A DNA stretch of 63,703 nucleotides, filler included, from Candidatus Nezhaarchaeota archaeon WYZ-LMO8 (GTDB lineage Archaea; Thermoproteota; Methanomethylicia; Nezhaarchaeales; WYZ-LMO8), in the NCBI GenBank assembly GCA_004347965.1. It is 3 parts of 3 records of this genome, joined end to end, with 100 filler letters (N's around TTAATTAATTAA, not from the genome) between each part and the next. Parts side by side here need not be neighbours in the genome. Positions count along the whole stretch, not along the records: positions 1 to 29,030 come from QNVF01000017.1; positions 29,131 to 57,031 come from QNVF01000019.1; 1 more part is not named here. The stretch is one strand, 5' to 3'. This document shows positions 28,485 through 38,455 of this stretch, one piece after another (position 1 is the first letter of the stretch; each line of letters begins with the position of its first letter). Both the position numbers and the translations under genes were made by a program. The notes beneath the pieces were generated by a model, which had not been told where the DNA came from, searched no databases, and saw only the letters and a program-made list of their open reading frames with translations.

Positions 28485-29030
28485 CTACTTGGCTAAGTTT
28501 CTATATCTCAAGTATGTCTTGAAGTCTATGTACTCCTTAGAATCCACGTAATCTTTCACTTTTAGTTTCCTGTTTTGTAAGTCAGATGCCCTTTCAGTCA
28601 CAGATATGCTTAAGGCATCACACCCTCCTCCATAGCCGTAGGATGCTAACAGTATCTTCTCTCCAGGTTTCGACGAGTCAAGCACGTATGCTAAGCTTAT
28701 AAGTGGTGTTGCGCATCCACAATCGCCAATAATGTTCGAAATCATTGGCATACATACTTTCTCAGGCGAACCACCTATGCTACGAACAATGTCCATGGAA
28801 ATTCTTCCTCCATCGATTGGAGGAGAGACAATAATATGGTTGTATGCGTTTATGTTGCGATTCAGTTTATTAAGTAAGTTCTTTATGCACTTAGATGTTA
28901 TTTCTCTAAACATCTTTGTGTTGTATGCTCTTACTTCCATACTTCTCGGTCTCTCCTCACCGTCAACCCTATATCTGTCTCCAAGAACCTCATAACTCTC
29001 AGCAGCAAATTCTTCTATTACGGCAACAAC
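28485..29030 (-). CDS. HMG-CoA synthase/KAS III-fold protein, C-terminal part; 5' end lost at the contig break
   Basis: KPGEKILLASYGYGGGCDA and YIDF.TY motifs; frame open up to the N run; adjacent to DUF35. Confidence 0.8.
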   Translation of the reverse strand, partial: VVAVIEEFAAESYEVLGDRYRVDGEERPRSMEVRAYNTKMFREITSKCIKNLLNKLNRNINAYNHIIVSPPIDGGRISMDIVRSIGGSPEKVCMPMISNIIGDCGCATPLISLAYVLDSSKPGEKILLASYGYGGGCDALSISVTERASDLQNRKLKVKDYVDSKEYIDFKTYLRYRNLAK

Positions 29031-29130
29031 NNNNNNNNNNNNNNNNNNNNNNNNNNNNNNNNNNNNNNNNNNNNTTAATTAATTAANNNNNNNNNNNNNN
29101 NNNNNNNNNNNNNNNNNNNNNNNNNNNNNN
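29031..29130. other. Artificial contig-junction linker (N44-TTAATTAATTAA-N44)
   Basis: N runs around a 12-mer with stops in all frames; genes on both sides are truncated. Confidence 0.97.
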
Positions 29131-30240
29131 GAATGACCTGAAGATCACCGTCTCAGCCGACCCTCTCTTGACTATGGATGCGTACACGTTCCTCGAGAAC
29201 CTTAGACCTAACTCCTCACCATCTAACACAATGAAGTTGGCTGGAGATCCCTCCTCTAGTATGTTGCCCGGAACCTTCAGGCCTCTTACCTTGTTAACGT
29301 TAACCGTGGCAGTCTTTAGCAACTCTCTTGGATCCAAGCGTAAACCTTGAAGTCTCGCCACATTAAACAGGATCTCTAACTCTCTCCAGACATCCGGGTT
29401 TACCCAGCCAGCATTATCCGTTCCTAGGATGATGTTGACGTTATGTTTGAAGAGCTCTCTTAGAGGTGGAAGTCCTGAGGAGAACCACATGTTGGACCTT
29501 GGACATATCGCTAAGCTAACGCCTCTTGATGACAATTCACGAATCTCATCTTCCCCTAAGTAGATGCCGTGAACCATAAAATCTGATTCTAAGAAGTCTA
29601 GTGCAAGCTTAAAGTCCCCCTTCTCATGAGTCTCTGGAGTTTCTGATACATGAACAGCTTTGAGGAGCCCCTTCTCGATGCACTTATTTCTCATCTCTAT
29701 GAGTTCGTTGACGTCGTACCTAAGAGGGGAGTCAAGACCAAGACCGTTAGCATTTCTAAGTGCTTCATCAATCAACAACTTGGAGTTCGTTCTTTCCGGT
29801 CTTGTCAGGATTATTGCGTTCAAATTTAATCGCTGAGAAGCTTGTTTTACGTAATCGGCGATTTCAAACCTTTCACAGAAGATTATTGCCGTGTACACCC
29901 CTTGCTTGACAAGTTTATTGAAAAGGTTTAAGGAAGCGCGAAGTATTGTGCTAGGATTTAGCTTTGCTATGAGCTTGTGCTTGAGGCCATGAGGTTCACT
30001 CACTAGCTTTGATAATTTCAAGTTTAGACCTACTTCTTGGAAGGCGAAGTCCAGTACATGGATGTGCGCGTTCACCAAAGCCGGAAGAGCTACCCCATTC
30101 TTGAAGGTTAGCCCCTCACTTCTGAATCCATTAACTATCGATTTTATAACACCGTCTTCGAGCTCTATGCTAACCCTCCTTCGAATACTGAGGTCCTCAC
30201 CTAGGAGAGCCAGCTTAACGTTGATTATCATGGTCTTCAA
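29131..30240 (-). CDS. Amidohydrolase-superfamily (nucleoside deaminase-like) protein, 3'-truncated at the linker
   Basis: PALVNAHIH, HVSE, VHG, CPRSN and GTDN motifs. Confidence 0.85.
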
Positions 30241-30902
30241 CCCTTGTACTCAACATCGTATATTAAGTGGACTTCGTTATCACATAAGCAGCGCTCAACG
30301 GATCTCAACTTGAATATTGGTGATTCAGCAGTTGTGGAGAATCCTTCTCCCATAACGAGACTTACAGATTCTCTGCCACCGAATATATAAGGAGCTATCG
30401 TTACTCTAAGCTCGTTGACTACACGAGCCTTGAACAAGTACCATATAAGCTCTCCTCCTCCCTCAACCATTATCTTTCTGTAGCCTAGGGAGCCAAGGGC
30501 TTCCATAGCCTTTCTCATGTTTATTGGAGGTCTCTCCGCTAAGAGCAAGACCTCGACCCCCATGTCCCTCAACTTTTCAACCTTATCTGGTGGAGCCATC
30601 GTGGTTGTTAGGACCAGAGTCTTAGCCGTCTTGAGTGTGTAGACCCTAGCGTTTAGAGGAGTTCTAAGTAGTCCGTCAACTATTATTCTATCAGGGTTCC
30701 TTCCCTCAGCGTACTTCAAGCGAAGAGATGGATCATCTATGATCACAGTATTAGCTCCAACCATCACTGCATCACATTGAGCTCTAAGCTCATGAAGCCT
30801 CCTTAAATCATGAGGACAACTTAGTTGACTAAACCTATTTTTGCTAGCAATCCTGCCGTCAATAGTAATGGTTGAGAAGATTATCGTCCTTGGAAGGAGC
30901 AT
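30237..30902 (-). CDS. RibD C-terminal-type reductase (archaeal pyrimidinone 5'-phosphate reductase family)
   Basis: TIDGRIA, DAVMVGANTV..DDP and MVEGGG motifs. Confidence 0.88.
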   Translation of the reverse strand: MLLPRTIIFSTITIDGRIASKNRFSQLSCPHDLRRLHELRAQCDAVMVGANTVIIDDPSLRLKYAEGRNPDRIIVDGLLRTPLNARVYTLKTAKTLVLTTTMAPPDKVEKLRDMGVEVLLLAERPPINMRKAMEALGSLGYRKIMVEGGGELIWYLFKARVVNELRVTIAPYIFGGRESVSLVMGEGFSTTAESPIFKLRSVERCLCDNEVHLIYDVEYKG

Positions 30903-31152
30903 CTCTTATCACATCAACAACTGTATGAGAGCATAGAAAACTTTTGTTAAGCCAAGAGTGCATGCATCAAGTAACTCTACGATCTTCTCGATGTTAGTAA
31001 TGTGCTTAGTGTTTAAAAAATTATTAGAGGAGCTTAAGTAGCGTTCTTCAATTGTCTTAACGTGATTAAGAAGGCTAGAAGGTTTTCTCGCTCCCGCTTT
31101 TCTCAACACAATTTATTTCGCTGTTTACACTCATTTATCTTGGTGCTGGACT

Positions 31153-31350
31153 ATGACTGTTAGGTGCGTGGCTGACGACGTCTTCCACGTTTGCGTCGAC
31201 GACATGGAGTTAATATCTCTGAGTCTCTATGGTCGCTACCTCATGGAGTCCCCTACAACAGCTACTTGATCGTAGGTGGTGAGAAGACAGCTCTAATAGA
31301 TACCGTTGATACTAGATTCTCTAAGCAATTGCTGGGAAATGTGGCCGAGC
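31153..31350 (+). pseudogene. Frameshifted, truncated 5' remnant of an FprA-type flavodiiron protein
   Basis: MTVRCVADDVFHVCVDD, then a frameshift to ESLWSLPHGVPYNSYLIVGGEKTALIDTV; similarity lost after about 65 codons. Confidence 0.75.
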
Positions 31351-31512
31351 CTCTTAGACGAAAAGGCATTAACCGACCATCGACGAGAACTAGACATTCA
31401 AATAAAGTACAGGTGAAGAATGAAGAGCTGCTAATAAAGCTAAGGGTAATTGGTAAAGAAGTAAATGAATTTTCCGAATTATTAGAGGTAGTCCAGTGCT
31501 AGATCATTAAGG

Positions 31513-31953
31513 TCAGGGGAGGTAGACTTCTGCTACTCCCACTGCTACTTTCTCTCCATTTTGATTCTCAGCCCAAAGCTCAATTTCACAGAAACTGTCT
31601 TTCTTTCTTGGGTGCTTTGCAACAACTTTGCCCATGAACTTGATGGTGTCTCCAACGAAAATTGGATGGATAAGTTTTATGTCAATCGATTTTAGTCTTC
31701 CCCCGTCCACGTAGCACCAATTCGTAATTACCTGGGTTAACTTGTCAATAGTCCACTGGCCATGAGCAATTGTTTTTCCATAACCTAAAAGATTGACCTT
31801 TTTCGCCCAAACAGGGTCTATGTGAATTGGGTTGAAGTCCAAAGAGGCGCATGCGAATTTCGTTATCATTTCTTGCGTTACTTTAGCTACTATGGTGGGT
31901 AATGGTTGTTCAAGTTCAACTTCACTAAATCTTACCATCCAACTTACCTCCAA
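31513..31953 (-). CDS. MaoC-family hot-dog dehydratase (catalytic-type subunit)
   Basis: FACASLDFNPIH.D...A...TIAHG and PIFVGDT motifs. Confidence 0.9.
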   Translation of the reverse strand: MEVSWMVRFSEVELEQPLPTIVAKVTQEMITKFACASLDFNPIHIDPVWAKKVNLLGYGKTIAHGQWTIDKLTQVITNWCYVDGGRLKSIDIKLIHPIFVGDTIKFMGKVVAKHPRKKDSFCEIELWAENQNGEKVAVGVAEVYLP

Positions 31954-32528
31954 ACGCCTTCTATCTTGTGTTCTTCATGGCTTTTAGTGAGAGGAAGTAT
32001 TAGGGTCGCCCACCACTTTGCCACGAGATCCCCTTTTTGGTTCACGTATTCAACGTAGTAGGTTAAGTACCTCTTCCCTCTCTTTATGTACTTGTCGAAG
32101 GCCTTCATTTTTGCTCTAATCACGTCCCCTACTCGTATAGGTTCGTAAAACTCTATTTTTTGTCCTGGGTTTATTGCCCCCGGTGTTTTTACCCAGCTTC
32201 CAACAAAAGAATCTCCGACAAGCCAGAAGGCTATTGTCGTTAGGAACATTGGAGGGGCTATGGGCTTCCCCCAAACAGTGTTTTTACAAAACTCTTCATC
32301 TCTGAAAATCGGGTTATAATTTTCAGTTGCCTCTAGATATGCCTCAACATCTTCTGCCTTTACCTCAAAGACCCTCTCGCTCCAAGCCTCCATCCCGATA
32401 TCTACGTCTTCCCACTTTATGTATTTCTCTTCGTCGATGAAAAAGTCGTAGTTGTAAGTTTTTTGCTTTTCAGTTTTTAGGTATTTTTTAACTAATTCCT
32501 TAGCTTCTTCAGACAGTTCAATTCTCAT
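31944..32528 (-). CDS. MaoC/FAS1-like hot-dog dehydratase partner subunit
   Basis: NPIFRDEEF...IAPP, EFYEPIRVGD and VNQKGDLVA motifs. Confidence 0.85.
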   Translation of the reverse strand: MRIELSEEAKELVKKYLKTEKQKTYNYDFFIDEEKYIKWEDVDIGMEAWSERVFEVKAEDVEAYLEATENYNPIFRDEEFCKNTVWGKPIAPPMFLTTIAFWLVGDSFVGSWVKTPGAINPGQKIEFYEPIRVGDVIRAKMKAFDKYIKRGKRYLTYYVEYVNQKGDLVAKWWATLILPLTKSHEEHKIEGVWR

Positions 32529-32788
32529 AAATGCATGTCTTTTCCTCTAATAGAAAAAGCTTTTAATACATTGAGTCAAGAAAGCTAACGTCAACTGCCA
32601 AATGCATGGGAAGTAAAGAAGGATTAAAGTCTTGGAGGGTGCGGATCTTAAAGATCGCAACTTTCCAAGTTTTTCTCTCCATCTCTAATCTTTAACTTCT
32701 CCAAGTAGTTGATGACCTTCTTTAGATCCTTCACCCCTTTAGTGAGACCACATTGTTGTATAGTATCAAAGAACTCTAACTGAATTGA

Positions 32789-32900
32789 TGCGGGGGGTGG
32801 GATTCGAACCCACGAAGGCCTACGCCACGGGATGACTCATCGGTAATCCACTGGGTTGATCTTGAGTCCCGCCCCTTTGACCTAGCTCGGGAACCCCCGC
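32789..32900 (-). tRNA. tRNA-Leu(CAA) with a 27-nt BHB intron at 37/38 (intron 32834-32860)
   Basis: CGGGA-CTCA-AGA...TGAG-TCA-TCCCG BHB; long variable arm; GTTCGAATC. Confidence 0.94.
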
Positions 32901-32946
32901 CCAAGCTATTTTATGATTGTTTAAAGCGTGATTTAAAGGTATTTCC

Positions 32947-33174
32947 TTAGTCTGAAGCTATTAGAGTTGAGGTCACAGCAACACCATTTATCCTTCTTAT
33001 GCTTGTTACTATCTCGTCCAATTCCCTCGCGTTTTCTGCTTGAGCCTTCACAACTACATCGTACTCGCCGAAGACTACTTTCACCTCGATGATCCCCCTT
33101 ACCCCCCGAAGCGCTTGCGCAACCTCATGCTCCTTTGCTATGACCGTTTTTAACAGTATGTAAGCCGTCATCAT
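32947..33174 (-). CDS. Lrp/AsnC ligand-binding (RAM) domain protein, 75 aa
   Basis: AYILL...VFGEYDVVVK...IRRINGV..TSTLI; ATG at 33174 after AGGTG. Confidence 0.88.
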   Translation of the reverse strand: MMTAYILLKTVIAKEHEVAQALRGVRGIIEVKVVFGEYDVVVKAQAENARELDEIVTSIRRINGVAVTSTLIASD

Positions 33175-33281
33175 TGCTTTACACCTAATGTGAGGACTAG
33201 TTCTTAACGTTTTAAAATTTGTTTTGAAAGGACAGAAAACTTTGTGAGAAATCGTAGAGTAGATAGTACTGGTGATTTTCT

Positions 33282-34208
33282 GTGGGCGAGGAGATGTATG
33301 ACGTGATCGTAGTTGGTGCTGGTCCAGCAGGATTGACTGCAGCTTTAACTTGTGTCCGAGCTGGATTGAAGGTTCAAGTGATAGGTAAGGTGACTGGTGG
33401 TCAAGCTGCAGAAGCACCATTGATTGAGAACTATCCAGGCTTTAAGTCAATAACAGGTATGGAGTTGATGAAGCTATTTAGTGAGCAAGTTGAATCCCTA
33501 GGAGTAAGCATGCTAAATGATGAGGTGACTAAAATAGAGCAGGTGAACGAAGTCTTTGAAGTTAAGACCTCGTTTAGTGGGCGCTTTAAGTGTAGGTCAG
33601 TGATCTTAGCGATAGGTGCTGAGCCGAAGAAGCTTGGAGTAAAGGGTGAGGAAGAATTTTATGGTAGAGGAGTTTCGTATTGCGCTACTTGTGATGGGCC
33701 CCTCTTTAAGGGTAAAGAGGTTGCAGTTGTTGGCGGAGGAATTCCTGCTCTAAATGCTGCTCTTTACCTAAGTAGTCTAGCTAAGACTGTCTACTTAATC
33801 CACGAGAGGAGTAGATTTAGTGGCTTTAAGACCCTGATAGATAGGGTCCACGAAAGAAGCAACATTGTAAAGAAGCTCAACACAACAGTCATAGAAATAG
33901 GTGGTAAGATATTTGTGGAGTGGGTGAGGATCAAGAACGTTAAGAGTGGAGAAGAGGAGGAGATAAAGGTTAGTGGAGTCTTCATAGAAGTTGGAAAGAA
34001 AGTCGATAGCGACTTCTTGAAAGGTTTTGTTGAGCTAGACAATAAGGGACAAATAGTCATAGACTCTCTATGCAGGACTTCGAGGATAGGGGTCTTCGCA
34101 GCAGGTGATGCTACTACCATACCTTACAAGCAAGTAATAATAGCTGCAGGTGAGGGAGCAAAGGCAGCTATGTCAGCTTACGACTACTTAAGAGGAACTA
34201 AGCACTAG
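33282..34208 (+). CDS. trxB: Thioredoxin reductase
   Basis: GAGPAG, IENYPG, GVSYCATCDG and FAAGD motifs. Confidence 0.93.
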   Translation: MGEEMYDVIVVGAGPAGLTAALTCVRAGLKVQVIGKVTGGQAAEAPLIENYPGFKSITGMELMKLFSEQVESLGVSMLNDEVTKIEQVNEVFEVKTSFSGRFKCRSVILAIGAEPKKLGVKGEEEFYGRGVSYCATCDGPLFKGKEVAVVGGGIPALNAALYLSSLAKTVYLIHERSRFSGFKTLIDRVHERSNIVKKLNTTVIEIGGKIFVEWVRIKNVKSGEEEEIKVSGVFIEVGKKVDSDFLKGFVELDNKGQIVIDSLCRTSRIGVFAAGDATTIPYKQVIIAAGEGAKAAMSAYDYLRGTKH

Positions 34209-35386
34209 ACTTTTAATTCTGTGATCCTACTCATAGAGGTTTCGATTAGAAGGTCTATGTCTAGTATCTTCTCAGCTTCAAGTACTTCCTCTAGCTTAGC
34301 TGATATAGCCGGCTTAGATGGGGCCGCCTTACACCCTTCATCAGGTCTTGCTGAGATCTCGTAGGTCCCTATTTTCCTTGCTATTCTCTCGGTTTCAGGC
34401 TTATCGAAGCCTAGTAAGGGTCTATATATTGGGAGACTTTTCACCGCGCTGCTTATTACGGCCATGTTGGATAGCGTCTGACTAGCTTGCTCTCCTATAG
34501 AATCTCCGGTGACTATTCCCATGAGCCCTCTGCTTAGAGCCACCTTCTCTGCTATTCTAAGCATCATTCTCTTGCACAAGAGACATGTAAGTCTTCGAGA
34601 ACCCTTTTCAACTATCTCCTTAAGTACGTCGCCGAAGGGGACCATTATCAGCTTCGTTTCGTAGGCCGGCGACCACTTTGCAAGCACTTTAGCTAAGTCA
34701 ACGACCTTCTCTACGGTCTTCTCTCCTGAGAATTGTTGACAGTTAAAGTGTAGTAGCGTAACGAGACAGCCTCTCCTCATTACCAGCCATGCAGCTACAG
34801 GTGAGTCAATACCGCTACTCATGAGGCACAGAAGGCCTCCTTGAGAGCCTTGTGGTAACCCCCCAACTCCTTCTACGACGTCGACGTAGAGGAAAGCTTC
34901 ATTCCCTCTTATCTCAATGTTTATTGTGAAGTCGGGCTGATCAAGATCAACTCGCCATCCTTTATCTTTCATTGATTCCAATATCTTGGCTCCAACATGT
35001 TTTGAGACGTCAATGCTCGTAAAGGAGTGCTCACCGATTCTCCTGCATCGAACAGCAAATTTGACGTCGCATCCTCCTCTCTCCTCAGCTAACTTCAATG
35101 CTACGTTTGATATCTCATCGAGACTTGCTTTGCAAGATATTGCTGGAGATGTTGAAGATATCCCAAAGACCCTGGAGAGTGAGAGAGCTACTTCCTTTGG
35201 CATCGTGGTCCTGACATAAATTCTGCCAAACCTTCTCTCGATCTTCTCTAAGCTCAATCCATCAGCTTTAAGTCTTGCTTTCATACTTTTTATTAAGAGC
35301 TTATCGTACTCTGCTCGAGTTCGAGAGCTCTTTACCCCTATTTCAGCGCCATACCTCACTATTACGGTGTCGAACATCAAGCTCAT
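34205..35386 (-). CDS. thiI: tRNA 4-thiouridine synthase (THUMP plus PP-loop, CxxC...C type, no rhodanese domain)
   Basis: RYGAEIGVKS, GVGGLP.G, SSGIDSPVA, CLLCKRMM and TGDSIGEQASQT motifs. Confidence 0.94.
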   Translation of the reverse strand: MSLMFDTVIVRYGAEIGVKSSRTRAEYDKLLIKSMKARLKADGLSLEKIERRFGRIYVRTTMPKEVALSLSRVFGISSTSPAISCKASLDEISNVALKLAEERGGCDVKFAVRCRRIGEHSFTSIDVSKHVGAKILESMKDKGWRVDLDQPDFTINIEIRGNEAFLYVDVVEGVGGLPQGSQGGLLCLMSSGIDSPVAAWLVMRRGCLVTLLHFNCQQFSGEKTVEKVVDLAKVLAKWSPAYETKLIMVPFGDVLKEIVEKGSRRLTCLLCKRMMLRIAEKVALSRGLMGIVTGDSIGEQASQTLSNMAVISSAVKSLPIYRPLLGFDKPETERIARKIGTYEISARPDEGCKAAPSKPAISAKLEEVLEAEKILDIDLLIETSMSRITELKV

Positions 35387-36591
35387 TACCTAACTTCTAC
35401 CCCATACTTCCTTGCTATGTCGTGGAAGGCTTCAACGAAGTACTTCACTTGGCTCCACGTTAAGCCGTACACATTGAACTTAAAGTGCTTAGTAAGACCT
35501 GGTTGAAGCCCGACTATCCCCTTAGCCTTCAGCTCATCGTATAGGAAGAAGCCTCTTCTCTTGTGCTTCTTGGAGACTTCGTAGAAGCTCTTGGACTCCA
35601 TGTGTATGAGAGTGTGCATTTTAGGTTTAATTCCGAGTTGCCTAAAGCCATCAATCCTCTCAAGCTCCCTAACGACGAAGCGTGCTTTCTCAAGTTCCTC
35701 TCCCCACCTCTCAACCCTCTCAACAACGTAAGGGAAGGATGCCATCAAAGTTACTAAGGGGGCTCCCATTACCGTGCAACCTAGTAGGGCTAGCTCCTTC
35801 ATGGCGAACCTCCTCTTTGATATATCGCCTTCTATGCTCGATGTCTTCAAGATCTTACTTGCCATCTCGCTAGTCATCGCCAAGATCCCTGTTGGTGCGC
35901 ATGCAGCCCAGCTCTTGTGCCCACTACTAACTATCACATCTACTCCAAGCTTCTTACCATCAACTGGGCTTACCCCTGCAGTATAAGCAGCATTGAGGAC
36001 TACTGGAACGTTATATTCGTGGCATATCTTAGCTATCTTCACTACGTCAACTAGGTTGCCGTAAAGATAGTCTACGTGAGTTATGAGTGCAAGTGCTGGA
36101 AGTTTACCACTCTCCTTTAATACCTCCTCTATCTTTACAGCGTAATCTTCAGGGTTTATCTTAAACTCGGGATAGCCTGAATTTGGGACCTCCTTAACTC
36201 TTGCTCCTACAACCTCAGCAGCAAGATAGCTAGTGTAATGAGCTAGACTGTCGAGGACTATATAGTCTCCGGGTTTCGAAAGCATTAGGAACGTTATGAG
36301 CTTAGCCTCCCTACACCTCGTTACAACTCTTGCTTCATCCATACCCAAGAAGGCTGCAAGGTCATCGTAGAAGTCGCTTATGGGAGGCTTCGTTATCTTG
36401 TCTAACCTTGGAGCTTGAGGTGGACAGAAGTCGCATACCGAGTAACCATCGCCCCACTCAAGCAGTGCCATGCGAGCCTCTTTGCTCAATACTCCTCCAC
36501 GCTGTATCGGGTTAACGTTTATGTACCTTGACTCAGAGAACTCTCTCGTAATGCTTAAATACTTGCTAAGCCTTTCCTTGGTCAAGATCAT
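35386..36591 (-). CDS. pscS: Sep-tRNA:Cys-tRNA synthase
   Basis: NPIQRGG, WGDGYSVCDFC, AHYTSY, SGHKSWA and LLGCT motifs. Confidence 0.96.
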   Translation of the reverse strand: MILTKERLSKYLSITREFSESRYINVNPIQRGGVLSKEARMALLEWGDGYSVCDFCPPQAPRLDKITKPPISDFYDDLAAFLGMDEARVVTRCREAKLITFLMLSKPGDYIVLDSLAHYTSYLAAEVVGARVKEVPNSGYPEFKINPEDYAVKIEEVLKESGKLPALALITHVDYLYGNLVDVVKIAKICHEYNVPVVLNAAYTAGVSPVDGKKLGVDVIVSSGHKSWAACAPTGILAMTSEMASKILKTSSIEGDISKRRFAMKELALLGCTVMGAPLVTLMASFPYVVERVERWGEELEKARFVVRELERIDGFRQLGIKPKMHTLIHMESKSFYEVSKKHKRRGFFLYDELKAKGIVGLQPGLTKHFKFNVYGLTWSQVKYFVEAFHDIARKYGVEVR

Positions 36592-37165
36592 GAAGACCTC
36601 TACTCCTAGGCTTGATAGCTGATATTATGTCTATCTTGGTTATTATACCTACTAGCTTACCTCCATTCACAACTAAAACTGCTGGCTTTTCTCCTCCTAG
36701 CAATGCTAGGACGTCGCTGATGGAGGTAAATGATGAAACCATTGGAAGTGGTTCGTCCATGACCTCACGAGCTTGTTTGTTAAAGAGTAGAGAAGGGTTC
36801 TTGGTCTTGAGGAAGTGTCTCAGGAGTGTTGATTCATGTATTGTCCCCACAACGTTGCCCTTATCGAGAACTGGGATTTGAGATATGCCATACTTCTCCA
36901 TCAGCTCAACTACGTTCCTCACAGGTTCATCAGCATCAACCCATATTACCGGTTTATGCATTACCTGCTCAGCCTTTAGGTCGCCTATGGATGGTATGAG
37001 AGCCTTCAATATCTTCCTGAGAGTTGAAAGCCTTGGATCTACAGTTCCAGCCTCTATTCTGGCTATTAGAGATTGGCTGACTCCAGCTCTTTCTGCAAGC
37101 TCCTTTTGCGTTAGCCCTGCCATGATTCTCATTCTTCTAATGTCCTCAGGTGTGGGAAGACTCAT
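36566..37165 (-). CDS. Cro/CI-type HTH plus tandem CBS transcriptional regulator
   Basis: GLTQKELAERAGVSQSLIARIE..VDPRLST HTH; ISQIPV and GIITKIDI CBS motifs. Confidence 0.92.
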   Translation of the reverse strand: MSLPTPEDIRRMRIMAGLTQKELAERAGVSQSLIARIEAGTVDPRLSTLRKILKALIPSIGDLKAEQVMHKPVIWVDADEPVRNVVELMEKYGISQIPVLDKGNVVGTIHESTLLRHFLKTKNPSLLFNKQAREVMDEPLPMVSSFTSISDVLALLGGEKPAVLVVNGGKLVGIITKIDIISAIKPRSRGLHDLDQGKA

Positions 37166-37243
37166 GGCTGAAACCTTAGCTCAAAATACTGCTACTCAAC
37201 TAACTTATTTTAATTGGTTTACAATATTTCTTTCTAAGTCACT

Positions 37244-38443
37244 ATGCCAAGCTATGATGTTCATAAAGTAAGGGAGGACTATCCTCTTCTATCGAGGGGC
37301 ATCATATACTTTGATAATGCTGCTACATCGTTAACACCAAAGCAAGTTGTGGACTCCATGGTGAGTTACCTGCTAGAGTGTAGAGCAAATGTTGGCCGGG
37401 GGTCTTACCGGCTTGCTGTTCAAGCTACAGACATGTATGAAGAGGTCAGGAAGAAGGTTGCTAAGTTTATAGGTGCTAGGATGAGTGAAGTAGCATTCGT
37501 CAAAAACACTACTGAAGCCATAAACATGGTCGCCATGGGAATTAAGTGGAGTAAGGGCGACAACGTGGTGACCACAGCTTTAGAGCATCACTCAAACATG
37601 TTGCCCTGGATTAGGATAAGTAAGCTCTATGGAGTTGAAGTCAGGTTTGCAATGCCTCAGAAGAATGGCATACTGAAGGTTGACGAGTTTGAGCGCTTAA
37701 TAGACGATAACACCAAACTTGTATCAATAACTCACGTCTCAAACGTCTTAGGAACGATATCTCCAGTGAAGGAGGTAGCTAAGATAGCAAAGTCTAGAGG
37801 GGCATTGCTACTAATTGATGCAGCTCAGTCAGCGCCCCACATGCCGATAAATGTTAGGGGGCTAGGTTGCGACTTCTTAGCCTTCTCAGCTCATAAAATG
37901 TGTGGCCCACCTGGTGTGGGAGTTCTCTACGTTGAAGACGATGTTCAACTAGATTCTCCTATCGTGGGTGGTGGAGTAGTAATTGATGCTTCATTCAACG
38001 ACTATAAGCTCCTAGGTAAACCATACGTCTTTGAAGCTGGAACACCACCCATAAGCAACGTGATAGGGTTTGGAGCTGCTCTCGACTACTTATCGAGACT
38101 TGGGCTTGCCAACATCATGGAACACGAGGTAAGAGTCGCTAAGATGCTTAGTAAGCTCTTGAGGGAGATACCTGACGTTAGAGTCTTGGGCCCTGAAGAA
38201 CCTCAAACAGGTATAGTTTCTTTCGTAGTGAACGGAGTTAGAGCTGAAGATGTGGCTTTAGCCTTGGGGAACTTGGACATCTGTGTTAGAGCAGGATTCC
38301 ATTGCGCCATCCCTCTTGTTAGGGACTTATTAAATGAGAAACTTGGAGTTGTTAGGGCCTCCCTATACCTCTACAACACCGAAGAAGAAGTAGAAAGGTT
38401 CATATCGTCACTAAAGGAGGTAATACGCCTTCTTAAGGCTTAA
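37244..38443 (+). CDS. Cysteine desulfurase, SufS-like
   Basis: YFDNAATS, EHHSN, DAAQS, FSAHKMCGP, EAGTP and RAGFHCA motifs. Confidence 0.92.
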   Translation: MPSYDVHKVREDYPLLSRGIIYFDNAATSLTPKQVVDSMVSYLLECRANVGRGSYRLAVQATDMYEEVRKKVAKFIGARMSEVAFVKNTTEAINMVAMGIKWSKGDNVVTTALEHHSNMLPWIRISKLYGVEVRFAMPQKNGILKVDEFERLIDDNTKLVSITHVSNVLGTISPVKEVAKIAKSRGALLLIDAAQSAPHMPINVRGLGCDFLAFSAHKMCGPPGVGVLYVEDDVQLDSPIVGGGVVIDASFNDYKLLGKPYVFEAGTPPISNVIGFGAALDYLSRLGLANIMEHEVRVAKMLSKLLREIPDVRVLGPEEPQTGIVSFVVNGVRAEDVALALGNLDICVRAGFHCAIPLVRDLLNEKLGVVRASLYLYNTEEEVERFISSLKEVIRLLKA

Positions 38444-38455
38444 GGAAATCAAAGG

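Noticed and set aside
29075..29086. TTAATTAATTAA repeated at 57076-57087
   Set aside because: Artificial all-frame-stop linker inside N runs; gene adjacency across it carries no meaning.
31153..31230. Possible second mRNA intron at the fprA frameshift
   Set aside because: No BHB or hairpin is present, the indel is only 1-2 nt, and the rest of the gene is missing.
32947..33420. ORF-track N-terminal extensions (also for ribK, purL and the ASCH gene) and the many antisense ORFs
   Set aside because: They overlap well-supported genes and lack recognisable motifs.
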